A stretch of DNA of 24,000 bases, taken from the NCBI GenBank assembly GCA_021161995.1, contig JAGGZO010000073.1, positions 1 through 24,000 on the forward strand. Direction: 5' to 3'. This DNA is from Candidatus Aenigmatarchaeota archaeon. Its GTDB lineage: Archaea > Aenigmatarchaeota > Aenigmatarchaeia > CG10238-14 > SpSt-28. The notes under the pieces were generated by a model. It had not been told where the DNA came from, ran no database searches, and saw only the letters and a program-made list of their open reading frames with translations. Shown one piece after another: positions 7,878 to 16,536 of the stretch. Numbering within the stretch: position 1 is the stretch's first letter; every line of letters begins with the position of its first letter. The position numbers and the translations under genes were made by a program.

Positions 7878-8027
7878 TATATTTCTTAGCTTTTTTGATC
7901 TTATTCTAAGTATTTGTTTTAAAGTCTCCTTGTTTTTGCTAAAGTCATCAGTAAACTTATCTCCATATTTTTCTACCAAATTCTTTGCCATTTTTTTGGT
8001 CATTAGGGTTCTTACTCTTCCCATCAT
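7827..8027 (-). CDS. rps17e: 30S ribosomal protein eS17 (S17e)
   Basis: MMGRVRTLMTKKMAKNLVEKYGDKFTDDFSKNKETLKQILRIRSKKLRNILAGYIASLVAKSKESS. The track ORF starts at 8072, but the conserved start is at or near 8027/8024. Confidence 0.93.
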   Translation of the reverse strand: MMGRVRTLMTKKMAKNLVEKYGDKFTDDFSKNKETLKQILRIRSKKLRNILAGYIASLVAKSKESS

Positions 8028-8114
8028 ATCACCTAAAAATAATTTGGCATAAAAAATATATTGATAATCCAATAGTAACAGCTTTTAAAAGCATTTTGGC
8101 AAATATCATTTTTT

Positions 8115-9290
8115 ATGAACAATCTAATGATAACTAAAAGGAGAAAAGAAGAACCGCTAGTTGAGATAGTAGAAAGAAAAGGAATTGGACACCCAGATAC
8201 AATCTCAGATAACATAGTAGAGAAAATCTCAGTTAATCTAGCAAATCTTTATCTGAAAGAGGTAGGTCAGATATTACATTACAATATAGACAAAGCCTTT
8301 TTGATAGCTGGTGAATCACAAACAAAGTTTGGTGGTGGTAAACTAGTAAAGCCAATGAAATTCGTCATTGGGGATAGAGCTACTATGGTAGTTGGTGACA
8401 AAGAGATACCCGTTAATGAGTTAGTCGAAAAAACTGTTATCGATTGGTTTAAAGAAAACATGAGATTCGTAGATAAAGATCATGTTATAATTCAGAATGA
8501 AATAAAAAGAGGCTCACAATCTTTAACAACCATATTCAAAGGAGAGAAGCAAAAATTCATGCCTGCAAACGATACTAGTGCTTTAGTCGGTTTTGCACCT
8601 TTAACAAAGCTGGAAGATGCTGTGTACAAAATAGAGAGATTCATAAATTCTCCTGATTTTAAAAAGAGGCATCCAGAGAGTGGTGAGGATGTTAAGGTAA
8701 TGGGTCTTAGAATGAAAGACCATTATAGATTTACTATTGCAATAGCTTTCGTTGACAGGTTCATTGAAAATGAGACAAACTATTTCAGGAAGAAGGATGA
8801 AGTTTTTGAAGAAATCAAAAACTATGTGAACAACGATTTAGGAATAGATGCTGAAATACTCGTTAACACACTAGACACAAAAGGTTTAGGTGAAGATGGT
8901 TGTTATCTTACTGTTTTAGGTACTAGTGCCGATAGCGGAGATAGCGGCGAAGTTGGTAGAGGAAATAGGGCAAACGGTTTAATTTCATTGAATAGACCTG
9001 CCGGTAGTGAAGCAGCTGCTGGTAAAAACATGGTTAGTCATGTTGGTAAGATATACAATTTGTTAGCGTTCAAGATAGCAAGGGAAATTCATGCTGAAAC
9101 TGGTAAGGAAAACTATGTTTGGTTGCTTAGCCAAATAGGTAAACCGATAAATGAACCAGTTGCTGTTTCAGTTGAGGTAGTTGATCTAGAAGATGAAAGA
9201 CCTATGATAGAAGAGGTTGTTGCCAGAAATTTCGAGAAATTGGATGAGTTCATAAGTGATTTGATAAAAGGTAAGTATACCGTAGCCTAA
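8115..9290 (+). CDS. mat: S-adenosylmethionine synthetase, archaeal type
   Basis: 391 aa; [97 protein letters not shown]. Confidence 0.97.
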   Translation: MNNLMITKRRKEEPLVEIVERKGIGHPDTISDNIVEKISVNLANLYLKEVGQILHYNIDKAFLIAGESQTKFGGGKLVKPMKFVIGDRATMVVGDKEIPVNELVEKTVIDWFKENMRFVDKDHVIIQNEIKRGSQSLTTIFKGEKQKFMPANDTSALVGFAPLTKLEDAVYKIERFINSPDFKKRHPESGEDVKVMGLRMKDHYRFTIAIAFVDRFIENETNYFRKKDEVFEEIKNYVNNDLGIDAEILVNTLDTKGLGEDGCYLTVLGTSADSGDSGEVGRGNRANGLISLNRPAGSEAAAGKNMVSHVGKIYNLLAFKIAREIHAETGKENYVWLLSQIGKPINEPVAVSVEVVDLEDERPMIEEVVARNFEKLDEFISDLIKGKYTVA

Positions 9291-9350
9291 ACTCTTTATT
9301 TTTTGTTTATTTATTCGACTATTTCTTATCTGATTAGTATAAGAAAGTAG

Positions 9351-10063
9351 TGGGGCGGGTGGGATTTGAACCCACGACCTACCGGTCTTCAGCTTCGGCT
9401 GGGAAGAGACCTAATATACTCTTTGCTATTTTATATTTATAACTATTTGAAAATCCTATAGTATTCATCCATTTCTTGAGATTTTCTCTTCCATATAAAG
9501 CCAGTTTAAAACTGGCTGTATTAGATTTTTTACTAAAGCTTTTCCTTACTTTACCAGTTCTAAATCCTAGTTTTATTAAAATGTCTCTTATTTGATCGAG
9601 AAGCTTTCTACTAGAACTTGTAAATTCTAGTGTTGGATAATTTTTTACTCCTTTTTTGTCTGAAGTGAATATAGATCCATCTGTATCCATTATGCCTCTT
9701 ATTACTTGTTTAGCTATCTCAATATCCTCGAGTGCAACCTTTGGTAATGCGACTTTCAAATGTTTGCCAAAACCTATTGGTATTCCAGTCGATGAAATCA
9801 TTTGAAAGAAATGTTTTGATGTTATTCTTAATCTTATTGCATTTTCCCTCTTTCTAACTTTGACAAATACACCAAACTGTTTTTCTATGTTTTCCTTTAG
9901 ATATTTAAAATATTCTTCATCTTTTTCTTGGTGACCTGTTAGTTCCACTCTATAATGAGAATTTTTCGAGTATAGATTACCGTCTCCTATTATAGCCCCA
10001 ACAAGTTCCCAGAAGAATGGTCTCTTCCCATCGGCCGCTCTCCCGGACTGAGCCACCGCCCCA
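9351..10063 (-). tRNA. tRNA-Phe (anticodon GAA), split by a 639-nt intron
   Basis: Exon 1 10063-10033 (31 nt), exon 2 9393-9351 (43 nt). Mature GGGGCGGTGGCTCAGTCCGGGAGAGCGGCCG^GCTGAAGACCGGTAGGTCGTGGGTTCAAATCCCACCCGCCCCA forms a full cloverleaf. BHB: central helix CGGC/GCCG, 3-nt bulges CG^A and AA^G, 12-bp inner helix TGGGAAGAGACC/GGTCTCTTCCCA. Confidence 0.92.
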
Positions 10064-10083
10064 CTAATTGTTATTTTTAGCAT
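9379..10083 (-). CDS. LAGLIDADG homing endonuclease overlapping both tRNA-Phe exons
   Basis: 234 aa; paired motifs WELVGAIIGDGNL and VIRGIMDTDGSI. N-terminal SGAVAQSGRAADG is translated from tRNA exon 1; C-terminal AEAEDR and the TAG stop lie in or next to exon 2. Confidence 0.88.
   Translation of the reverse strand: MLKITISGAVAQSGRAADGKRPFFWELVGAIIGDGNLYSKNSHYRVELTGHQEKDEEYFKYLKENIEKQFGVFVKVRKRENAIRLRITSKHFFQMISSTGIPIGFGKHLKVALPKVALEDIEIAKQVIRGIMDTDGSIFTSDKKGVKNYPTLEFTSSSRKLLDQIRDILIKLGFRTGKVRKSFSKKSNTASFKLALYGRENLKKWMNTIGFSNSYKYKIAKSILGLFPAEAEDR
9394..10032 (-). mobile_element. Archaeal tRNA intron at position 30/31 carrying a homing endonuclease gene
   Basis: 639 nt between two clean tRNA-Phe exons; BHB-like splice motif and an internal LAGLIDADG ORF in the same orientation. 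Confidence 0.9.
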
Positions 10084-10102
10084 TTAATCATTTATAAAGT
10101 TT

Positions 10103-11209
10103 TCATGGTAGGAAATCCTCTTCTTTCAACTTCTGAGGTAAATACTTCTCTGACAAGAATTTCAATCCCTTTGATGCCAATGCCTCGATTTCGGCTTTTC
10201 TCTTCGTTTTCAGGAACTTCTTTATTTCTTTTTGCCATTTTGGATGCTTGAACCATTCATAGTTCATTAATTCCTTAGCTCTTTTTAGGTCAAACTCTTT
10301 TGCTTTGATCGTCCAGTTTTGTAGCTTATATCTTTCTATATCAGTCATCGATACACCAATAAATTTAGCCTCAGGCGTACCAAGTCTGTCGGAAACGTGG
10401 GCCAAGTTAATTGAACCATATTTGATTACTGAATATATGTACCAACCGTATGGGTCAGCATCAGTCAACACATAAACAGGTAGACCTAACTCTTGATTCA
10501 ACCTTTGTATAAATCTTCTCGCACCTCTTGCTGCCTGGCCTTTTGTACCAATTAGTATAGCATTCCATTTCTTCCAGAACATATGTGCATTAAGTCTTTC
10601 CCATGCAGCGTTCTTCTCTATGACTATAACCTTGTCAGCATTTACTTTTTTGAACTCTATGTGTTCTACGTTACTTGGAATTGCCCAGCCACCTAAACCT
10701 AATTTTGAAAGATTTATCTCATGTCCGAACAGCGAATCTTTTATGACAATGTTACCAACAACATTACCTTTTGGATCAGCACCTATATTCAATCTCTCCC
10801 TTATAACATCAAGTATAAGTTCAACATCCACTAAAGCAGCATCTGACTCTCTCTGTTCATCGAATGTGTTTTCTTTAGAATTTGGTAAAGTTCTTTTGAG
10901 ACTGTAAAACATTTCTCTCAGGCTGACTCTTTCATCCTCTTCTAGCAATGTCTTACAAAATGATAACACGAGCAAAGTTTGCATGAATCTTTTGGAGTGA
11001 GCAACATTTAGGAAATATCTCTTGGCAATCTTTTCACCGAGTATCAACTTCTTGTTTTCTTTATCAAAAACGATGTTTGAAAGTCTTCTTATAGGAATTT
11101 CTAAATATATACCTTCACCCTTTTCTATTTTCTTGAGTAGTTTCAATCCAATTTCTTTAATCTTCTTTAATGAAACTTCTTCATATTTTATTTTCTTTTT
11201 TGCACTCAT
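10103..11209 (-). CDS. top6A: DNA topoisomerase VI subunit A
   Basis: 368 aa; DALGDIxEx-like region absent by eye but VDVELILDVIRERLNIGADPKGNVVG, PVYVLTDADPYGWYIYSVIKYGS (Toprim) and the Spo11-like fold are clear; adjacent to top6B. Confidence 0.95.
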   Translation of the reverse strand: MSAKKKIKYEEVSLKKIKEIGLKLLKKIEKGEGIYLEIPIRRLSNIVFDKENKKLILGEKIAKRYFLNVAHSKRFMQTLLVLSFCKTLLEEDERVSLREMFYSLKRTLPNSKENTFDEQRESDAALVDVELILDVIRERLNIGADPKGNVVGNIVIKDSLFGHEINLSKLGLGGWAIPSNVEHIEFKKVNADKVIVIEKNAAWERLNAHMFWKKWNAILIGTKGQAARGARRFIQRLNQELGLPVYVLTDADPYGWYIYSVIKYGSINLAHVSDRLGTPEAKFIGVSMTDIERYKLQNWTIKAKEFDLKRAKELMNYEWFKHPKWQKEIKKFLKTKRKAEIEALASKGLKFLSEKYLPQKLKEEDFLP

Positions 11210-12834
11210 TCTTCCTCACCTTTTGTTTTATTGTTAATTTCAACAAATTTTTTGTTCAATAAATTCTCAATCATTTTTTTGATTTGATCTTCTTTTTTGT
11301 CAGTTATTTTTGCAATGCTGCTAACAACTTCAGGTAAATATCTTTCGAATATTTGTCTTTTTCGTTTCTTTTCAATTTCCCTCCTCTTTTTGTTCATGAA
11401 TACTTTCAAATTTCTTCCAAGTTCTTGCAATGCAAGCTTTATTTCTTTTAATATCTCAGGATATTGCGCTATAGCTTCTTTTCCTTCACTCTTATATGGA
11501 ATCCAAACAGATAGAAAATCTACAAGAATTATCATTGGCGCTTGCGGTATAGAACCTTCGGATTGTGAAACACCGTAAGACCTCCAGTTTGTTTCTGATA
11601 CAGCTTTTGTGATTACACAATCTGATTGATTATACAGCAAAGGTGTGTGGTTTGCTAATCTTATAAGTTTGGCTGAACTTACTCCCAATTCATCACCATA
11701 AACAATGGCAGCTTCTACTTGGAATGGATAACCTCTGTATACCGTCGGCTTTCTTATCACAGCATGAAAGAATTCAGCGTTTGGGTATTCCCTTTTCAAT
11801 GCTTCTATGAGGTAATTTGGGTTTATTGGAGAAAGACAATCCATTGGAGGAGATAGTAGTTTAACCATTGTCATAGCTTTATGTAGTTTTTCTATTTGAT
11901 TGTGTACAAGCTTATGTGGATCAGTTTTAGGATCTATTTTTGCTAGCTTGCAAATTTTCAGTGCACTATCTCTTCCAACCCTAGAAAATTCATTCATCAA
12001 AAAGTTTAGAACCGTTGTAGATTTTGTCATTTTCAGCATTCTTTTTAATCTACCGAGCTCCACACCATATGGATGTGGTTTTATTTCTCTTGGTAGCTTT
12101 GGTAGTTTTGGCATTACTCTTTTGAATTTTAACACTCCATTTGGACCATCAAAAGTTATAGTAACATAAGGATTTGCTATGGAAATCAGTTTTAGATATT
12201 CTGGGATCGATTGCCTTTTTTCTATGTATCTACCTTCAACAATTACCTCTATCTTTGTTCCATGCCACTTTTTAGGATTTTCTCTGACTTCATGCTTTAG
12301 TATTATTGGTTCGTTTTTTAGGACATCTATCATCAACTCAAAATAATGTATTTTATCGTTTCCGGTACTCGTTTCTACTTTAGCTGATTTACCTGTTGTG
12401 AGTTGCGCATACAATATGGCACCTTTTGCACCTATGCCTTGCGTGCCTATACTTTGTCTTAATCTATAGAACTTAGAACCCACAAGGAATTTAGCAAATG
12501 CGATCGGAACTTTTTTTGGATGAATACCAGGACCATTGTCTTCTACTTTAACTCTGTATCTATTTTCGCTAACTTGTTTCACCAAAACTTTTATCGTCGG
12601 TAGTATTCTAGCTTCTAAGCATGCGTCTATAGAGTTATCTACAAATTCTTTCACTACTGTAAACAAGGACTTAACAGGATTTTCATAGCCTAATAAGTGT
12701 CTATTCTTTTCAAAGAATTCAGCAATACTAACTTCCCTAATTTTTTCTGCTAATTCTTCGCCAGTTAAAATCCTTCCTTCTATGTTGTCCATACCTAAAC
12801 CATTCTCATTTATATTAATAAAATTTACATCCAA
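11206..12834 (-). CDS. top6B: DNA topoisomerase VI subunit B
   Basis: 542 aa; GHKL ATPase motifs VKEFVDNSIDACLEA, VEDNGPGI, KFYRLRQSIGTQGIGAKGAILYAQLTTGK. Confidence 0.97.
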   Translation of the reverse strand: MDVNFININENGLGMDNIEGRILTGEELAEKIREVSIAEFFEKNRHLLGYENPVKSLFTVVKEFVDNSIDACLEARILPTIKVLVKQVSENRYRVKVEDNGPGIHPKKVPIAFAKFLVGSKFYRLRQSIGTQGIGAKGAILYAQLTTGKSAKVETSTGNDKIHYFELMIDVLKNEPIILKHEVRENPKKWHGTKIEVIVEGRYIEKRQSIPEYLKLISIANPYVTITFDGPNGVLKFKRVMPKLPKLPREIKPHPYGVELGRLKRMLKMTKSTTVLNFLMNEFSRVGRDSALKICKLAKIDPKTDPHKLVHNQIEKLHKAMTMVKLLSPPMDCLSPINPNYLIEALKREYPNAEFFHAVIRKPTVYRGYPFQVEAAIVYGDELGVSSAKLIRLANHTPLLYNQSDCVITKAVSETNWRSYGVSQSEGSIPQAPMIILVDFLSVWIPYKSEGKEAIAQYPEILKEIKLALQELGRNLKVFMNKKRREIEKKRKRQIFERYLPEVVSSIAKITDKKEDQIKKMIENLLNKKFVEINNKTKGEEE

Positions 12835-13361
12835 AACATAGCTCTTTTAGATTTTTCTATTTCTAGAAATCTCATTACACTTGTGTGCATCCTACCTTCT
12901 AGTAACATTTCAACAGCCCTTCTTGCTATTTGAACATCTTCTAGTTTACCTATTATTGAAATTGTTTTACCGTATACAGAGATTTTTGTGTGTGTCATGT
13001 CTTCAATCATTTTCTTTGACTTACCTTTTTCACCTATTACTCTACCTTTTAGCTCTATCTGTCTATTTCTGGAGTTTGCATAATCTTTGACGTTTATTAT
13101 ATCAAGAACATAATCGTCATCTAGCAATAATAGTGCAGTCTCCGGATCAAAGCCCCTACCAAAAGCAACAATTATTTGTTCTGCTTTCATCAACTTCAGG
13201 CCATCATCACCTTCTATTGATATGCCATCTTCTTTACTTATACCGATTTTTACATTAAGCTCTTTTTGAATCTTTTCTATCATTTCTTTGTTTTTTTCTA
13301 ATAACCTAAGCCTCTCTTCTGGTATCTTCACGTATTTTTTAAACATCATACTTATCACCAA
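12825..13361 (-). CDS. KH-domain RNA-processing protein (archaeal Dim2/Pno1-like)
   Basis: 178 aa; KIPEERLRLL, AFGRGFDPETALLLLDDDYVLDIINVKDY, RVIGEKGKSKKMIEDMTHTKISVYGKTISIIG. Confidence 0.92.
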   Translation of the reverse strand: MVISMMFKKYVKIPEERLRLLEKNKEMIEKIQKELNVKIGISKEDGISIEGDDGLKLMKAEQIIVAFGRGFDPETALLLLDDDYVLDIINVKDYANSRNRQIELKGRVIGEKGKSKKMIEDMTHTKISVYGKTISIIGKLEDVQIARRAVEMLLEGRMHTSVMRFLEIEKSKRAMFWM

Positions 13362-14061
13362 CTATTTCTTCGTACAAATTCTCCAGAGGTATTATATCTG
13401 TAAATTTCTTGAAAAAACTGTTTAAATTTTTTAAGTCTCTCTTGAGAAAGTCCAGGAATAATGGGTGGTTGTCTCGAACACCTTGGCTAAAATCTATGAA
13501 AAACGGTTTTTTATCATGATAGAGTATATTAAACGCGCTTAGATCACCATGCACAAGTCTATTTTCGAATAATTTTTTGACTTGTTCAATAGACGTTTTG
13601 TATAATTTATCTGGATTCTCTAAATCATCCACTTCTGATAATCTCAGTGCTGGCTTACCATCTTTACCGATAAACTCCATTATTAGTATGTTGTTAAAGA
13701 ATGCTATCGGTTTCGGTGAGAATATTTTTGCTTTTTCATATGCAATCTTCATGTTCCTAAATTCTCTTTTACACCAATTGAATATTACTGATTTTCGATC
13801 TTTTTTTGTACTTAAGAATCTTGGGTCGGCTATCAAGTATTTCCACATACTTTTAAAATCACAATGGAAAATTCTGTATATCTTAATGGCCAGCCAATTT
13901 CCCTCTTTGTCTTTAGCAGAGAACACAACACTTTCTTTACCTTCTTTTACTATAGATTCAAGTATATCAAAATATTGTTTATTAGAGAGTTTCCATAAAC
14001 CAAAAATAGTTATTTCATCGAGTACTTTTCTATAAACCTTAAAATCTTCTTTTTTCATCAA
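13339..14061 (-). CDS. rio1: RIO-type serine/threonine kinase (Rio1 family)
   Basis: 240 aa; GKESVVFSAKDKEGNWLAIKIYR, RLVHGDLSAFNILYHDKKPFFIDFSQGV. Confidence 0.92.
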   Translation of the reverse strand: MMKKEDFKVYRKVLDEITIFGLWKLSNKQYFDILESIVKEGKESVVFSAKDKEGNWLAIKIYRIFHCDFKSMWKYLIADPRFLSTKKDRKSVIFNWCKREFRNMKIAYEKAKIFSPKPIAFFNNILIMEFIGKDGKPALRLSEVDDLENPDKLYKTSIEQVKKLFENRLVHGDLSAFNILYHDKKPFFIDFSQGVRDNHPLFLDFLKRDLKNLNSFFKKFTDIIPLENLYEEIVGDKYDV

Positions 14062-14381
14062 AAAAGGTAGTAGATTTCTAGATTTTTAATGTGTCCATTC
14101 TTTTTTAGCCAGTTTGCTTGTGTTCTGGTATAAACATGGATAACATCCCCCCTACCCTTTTGATATTTCCATGGTCTAACAAGTATCAAATCACCAACTC
14201 TTATCCACACTCTTTTTCTTAGTCTTCCTGGTATTCTACATAATCTTTCTTCTCCGTCATCACAAATAACTCTCATTTTATCTCCACCAACAAACATTTC
14301 CACTATTCCTAGTATCTCACCTTCTTGTGGAATCCTAACTTTACTAGATTCTTGTTGTTCACCTTTTTTCTTTTTACCCAT
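14058..14381 (-). CDS. eif1A: Translation initiation factor aIF1A
   Basis: 107 aa; EILGIVEMFVGGDKMRVICDDGEERLCRIPGRLRKRVWIRVGDLILVRPWKYQKGRGDVIHVYT. Confidence 0.96.
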   Translation of the reverse strand: MGKKKKGEQQESSKVRIPQEGEILGIVEMFVGGDKMRVICDDGEERLCRIPGRLRKRVWIRVGDLILVRPWKYQKGRGDVIHVYTRTQANWLKKNGHIKNLEIYYLF

Positions 14382-15054
14382 CTTCCCACCTCTTTCTCAT
14401 CGTTATCGTATCAAGATAAACCCTTTTTCCGTCTTTCAATCCCATCAATCTTCTAGATATCCTTGTTTTAATTTCGATTTTTGACTTTATCAATTTTATT
14501 AGCTCATATGCAACTTTTTTAGATCCTATATACATATCTATACCATCCTTAGTTCTTTCTATTTTCGAAATGAACGACAATGGATCACTTCTATTCCTTT
14601 TCTCTACGTATCTAAAGATTTCATCCATGAGTTCATTATCTGGGTTAAATCTTAGTTGGATTATGGCTTGTCTATACCCACTTAACATCATCTGACAATA
14701 TTGGCATTTGAAAGGTTTTACTCTAATCTTGAATTCTCTTTCGTAAAAAGTTTCATTATCTTTAACCCATTTTACTTTGAGTGTTTCTCCGTTAAACTCA
14801 TAAACCCTCTTGAAATTACTTATTTTTAGTTCTTTGTTATGCCTAACAAAATGACCTATTGCTTCTTCTAATGTTGAAAAAACATGTTTTTTGTTGAATG
14901 AGTACTTTCCACATATTTTACATCTATAAAGCACTATGTAGTTTCTCTTTAGTCTTTCACCAAAAACCTCTTTTACATAACAATCTTTACATAATCCATT
15001 GTAGAATTTTTTCGATTCTTTCCCACATCTTGGGCAAATTTTCTTGAGTGTCAC
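14374..15054 (-). CDS. nmd3: NMD3-related ribosome-export/biogenesis family protein
   Basis: 226 aa; CPRCGKESKKFYNGLCKDCY, KCQYCQ..., DRSDPLSFISKIERTKDGIDMYIGSKKVA-like region, ISRRLMGLKDGKRVYLDT. Confidence 0.85.
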   Translation of the reverse strand: MTLKKICPRCGKESKKFYNGLCKDCYVKEVFGERLKRNYIVLYRCKICGKYSFNKKHVFSTLEEAIGHFVRHNKELKISNFKRVYEFNGETLKVKWVKDNETFYEREFKIRVKPFKCQYCQMMLSGYRQAIIQLRFNPDNELMDEIFRYVEKRNRSDPLSFISKIERTKDGIDMYIGSKKVAYELIKLIKSKIEIKTRISRRLMGLKDGKRVYLDTITMRKRWEDG

Positions 15055-15277
15055 AATTCAAGAATGTATTTAATTTATTAAACATGTTTGTTGGAATATG
15101 CTTGCTCTATTTTTTCATCAATCTTTTAGGTATATTTCCGTTAACTCTTCTCTTTGAAAAAACCCGGTATAACCATTCACGTGAAGTATTATCTTCAAAG
15201 GCTTGTTTATCTCTGTTATCACAATCGTATCTTACCAAAAAAATAAAAAGAATTTTATACTATCAAATTTTGTAAAC

Positions 15278-15391
15278 GCCCCGGTAGCTCAATGGAAGAG
15301 CGCCCGGCTTGTATGCCGCCTCCTGGTATATTGATACTAAGATGAGAGCAAGGATACCGGGAGGTTGTGGGTTCAACTCCCACCCGGGGCT
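15278..15391 (+). tRNA. tRNA-Thr (anticodon TGT) with a 42-nt intron at 37/38 (15314-15355)
   Basis: Exon 1 15278-15313, exon 2 15356-15391. GCCCCGG/CCGGGGC acceptor, CCCGG-CTTGTA^A-CCGGG anticodon arm, GTGGG-TTCAACT-CCCAC T arm, discriminator T; CTTG/CAAG central helix. Confidence 0.92.
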
Positions 15392-15426
15392 TTTATATTT
15401 TTGTTCTAGAAGAAAATTCTATTAGA

Positions 15427-15540
15427 GGGGCCGTAATCTAGCCAGGCAGGATGGCGGGCTCCAGAAACGGGTTTTTGGAGCGTGGATAAAAGATGACAGG
15501 GAGAAACCCGTTAACCGGGGTTCAAATCCCCGCGGCCCCA
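15427..15540 (+). tRNA. tRNA-Trp (anticodon CCA) with a 41-nt intron at 37/38 (15465-15505)
   Basis: Exon 1 15427-15464, exon 2 15506-15540. GGGGCCG/CGGCCCC acceptor, GCGGG-CTCCAG^A-CCCGT anticodon arm, CGGGG-TTCAAAT-CCCCG T arm. BHB central helix CTCC/GGAG with 3-nt bulges AGA and AAA. Confidence 0.93.
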
Positions 15541-15636
15541 TTCTCAACAAAAACTTTTTCTTGTTGCCTTGCGAAAAAGCTAGAAATAACCTTGACCTTG
15601 AGAAATCAAAAAAGAATAAAAGAAAAGGCTACTGCC

Positions 15637-15930
15637 TTACTTTGTGAGTGTTATGTCGATTGTTGATACGTAAGTCTTTTTACCTTCTACTTCCCTTTCT
15701 TCTGTGTCTATCTTAACTTCCTTTATGGAGACTTCGTTTATGAACCTTCTTCTTACTATCTCTGCTACATCTACAGCCTTACTGATTGCTCTACCCCTTG
15801 CTTTTACATGTACCTCCTTTTGTCCAGCACCGAACTGAGTGATTACTGCTAGTACATAGCTCATTAGCGGCTTTTTACCTACGTATATTACGTTTTCTGC
15901 CTGATTGCTTTCTTCTTTCTTTTCTGCCAT
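15637..15930 (-). CDS. albA: DNA/RNA-binding protein Alba
   Basis: 97 aa; [51 protein letters not shown]; SD-like AGGTGAT upstream of the ATG. Confidence 0.96.
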   Translation of the reverse strand: MAEKKEESNQAENVIYVGKKPLMSYVLAVITQFGAGQKEVHVKARGRAISKAVDVAEIVRRRFINEVSIKEVKIDTEEREVEGKKTYVSTIDITLTK

Positions 15931-15971
15931 GCTATCACCTGTGGCTACATATTTATTAATAGTAAACTTTT

Positions 15972-15979
15972 AAAGCATG
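15972..15979 (-). promoter_or_regulatory. Putative TATA box for alba
   Basis: Minus-strand CTTTAAAAG about 45 nt upstream of the alba ATG. Confidence 0.4.
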
Positions 15980-16019
15980 AAACAGTTAGTTAAAATGGTT
16001 TAGGGAATAATCATATTTT

Positions 16020-16520
16020 ATGGTATTGCAGCCAAACGAGCTGATATTTTCCATCGTAGTCCCTTTTTTGATATATTATGTATTATTGTTTGGTATTCTT
16101 GAACGAATACGTCTTTTCAACAAGCGTACAAACAGTTTACTTAGTCTGCTAATAGGGATTCTTGGGACATATTCGCTTTATAAGATAGGTTTATCCGGTA
16201 TTCTACCCTCTCTGGCTGCGATATTCATAGTATCAATATTCGGAGCTATTTTCTTTTTTGGGGCAGGTAAAAAATCGCTAGAGTATGCTAATAAGGCAGT
16301 ATCTCAACAAAATTCTCGAGATAAAGATAATTTAAAGCTAGAAATATTGTCTATTTGTTCTAAAATACTCAATGCTATGCAAGAAGGTGATACGAATAAA
16401 GTTACTGAATTGAAACAAGAATTTTTGTCTAAGATGAACTATTTGAGAACAATAGTCTCTCAGCAGGAATACGAAGAATTCAAAAAATCTCTGCCTCAAG
16501 AATGTCAGACTTTAATTTGA
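16020..16520 (+). CDS. Small membrane protein of the cluster's shared-motif family, with a soluble helical C-terminus
   Basis: 166 aa; IFSIVVPFLIYYVLLFGILERIRLFNKRTNSLLSLLIGI; about 3 TM helices, then a helical tail. Confidence 0.75.
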   Translation: MVLQPNELIFSIVVPFLIYYVLLFGILERIRLFNKRTNSLLSLLIGILGTYSLYKIGLSGILPSLAAIFIVSIFGAIFFFGAGKKSLEYANKAVSQQNSRDKDNLKLEILSICSKILNAMQEGDTNKVTELKQEFLSKMNYLRTIVSQQEYEEFKKSLPQECQTLI

Positions 16521-16536
16521 AGCGTGAAAATAAATT

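Noticed and set aside
8033-8215. Minus-strand ORF 8033..8215 and the extended eS17 start at 8072
   Set aside because: The first is antisense to the SAM synthetase start. The second adds 15 non-conserved residues; the eS17 family start is MGRVRT.
9351-9393. Isolated 3' tRNA half as a pseudogene or tRNA fragment
   Set aside because: The matching 5' half lies at 10033-10063 with a consistent BHB, giving a full tRNA-Phe.
11297-13090. + strand ORFs 11297..11578, 11900..12169 and 12881..13090
   Set aside because: Antisense shadows of top6B and the KH protein.
15048-15275. + strand 75-aa ORF upstream of tRNA-Thr
   Set aside because: No domain signal or convincing start context; the region is more likely promoter or spacer for the tRNA pair.
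15465-15505. Full box C/D sRNA in the tRNA-Trp intron
   Set aside because: Only a C-like AAGATGA is visible; no CTGA D box and the intron is only 41 nt, so a canonical C/D guide is not supported.
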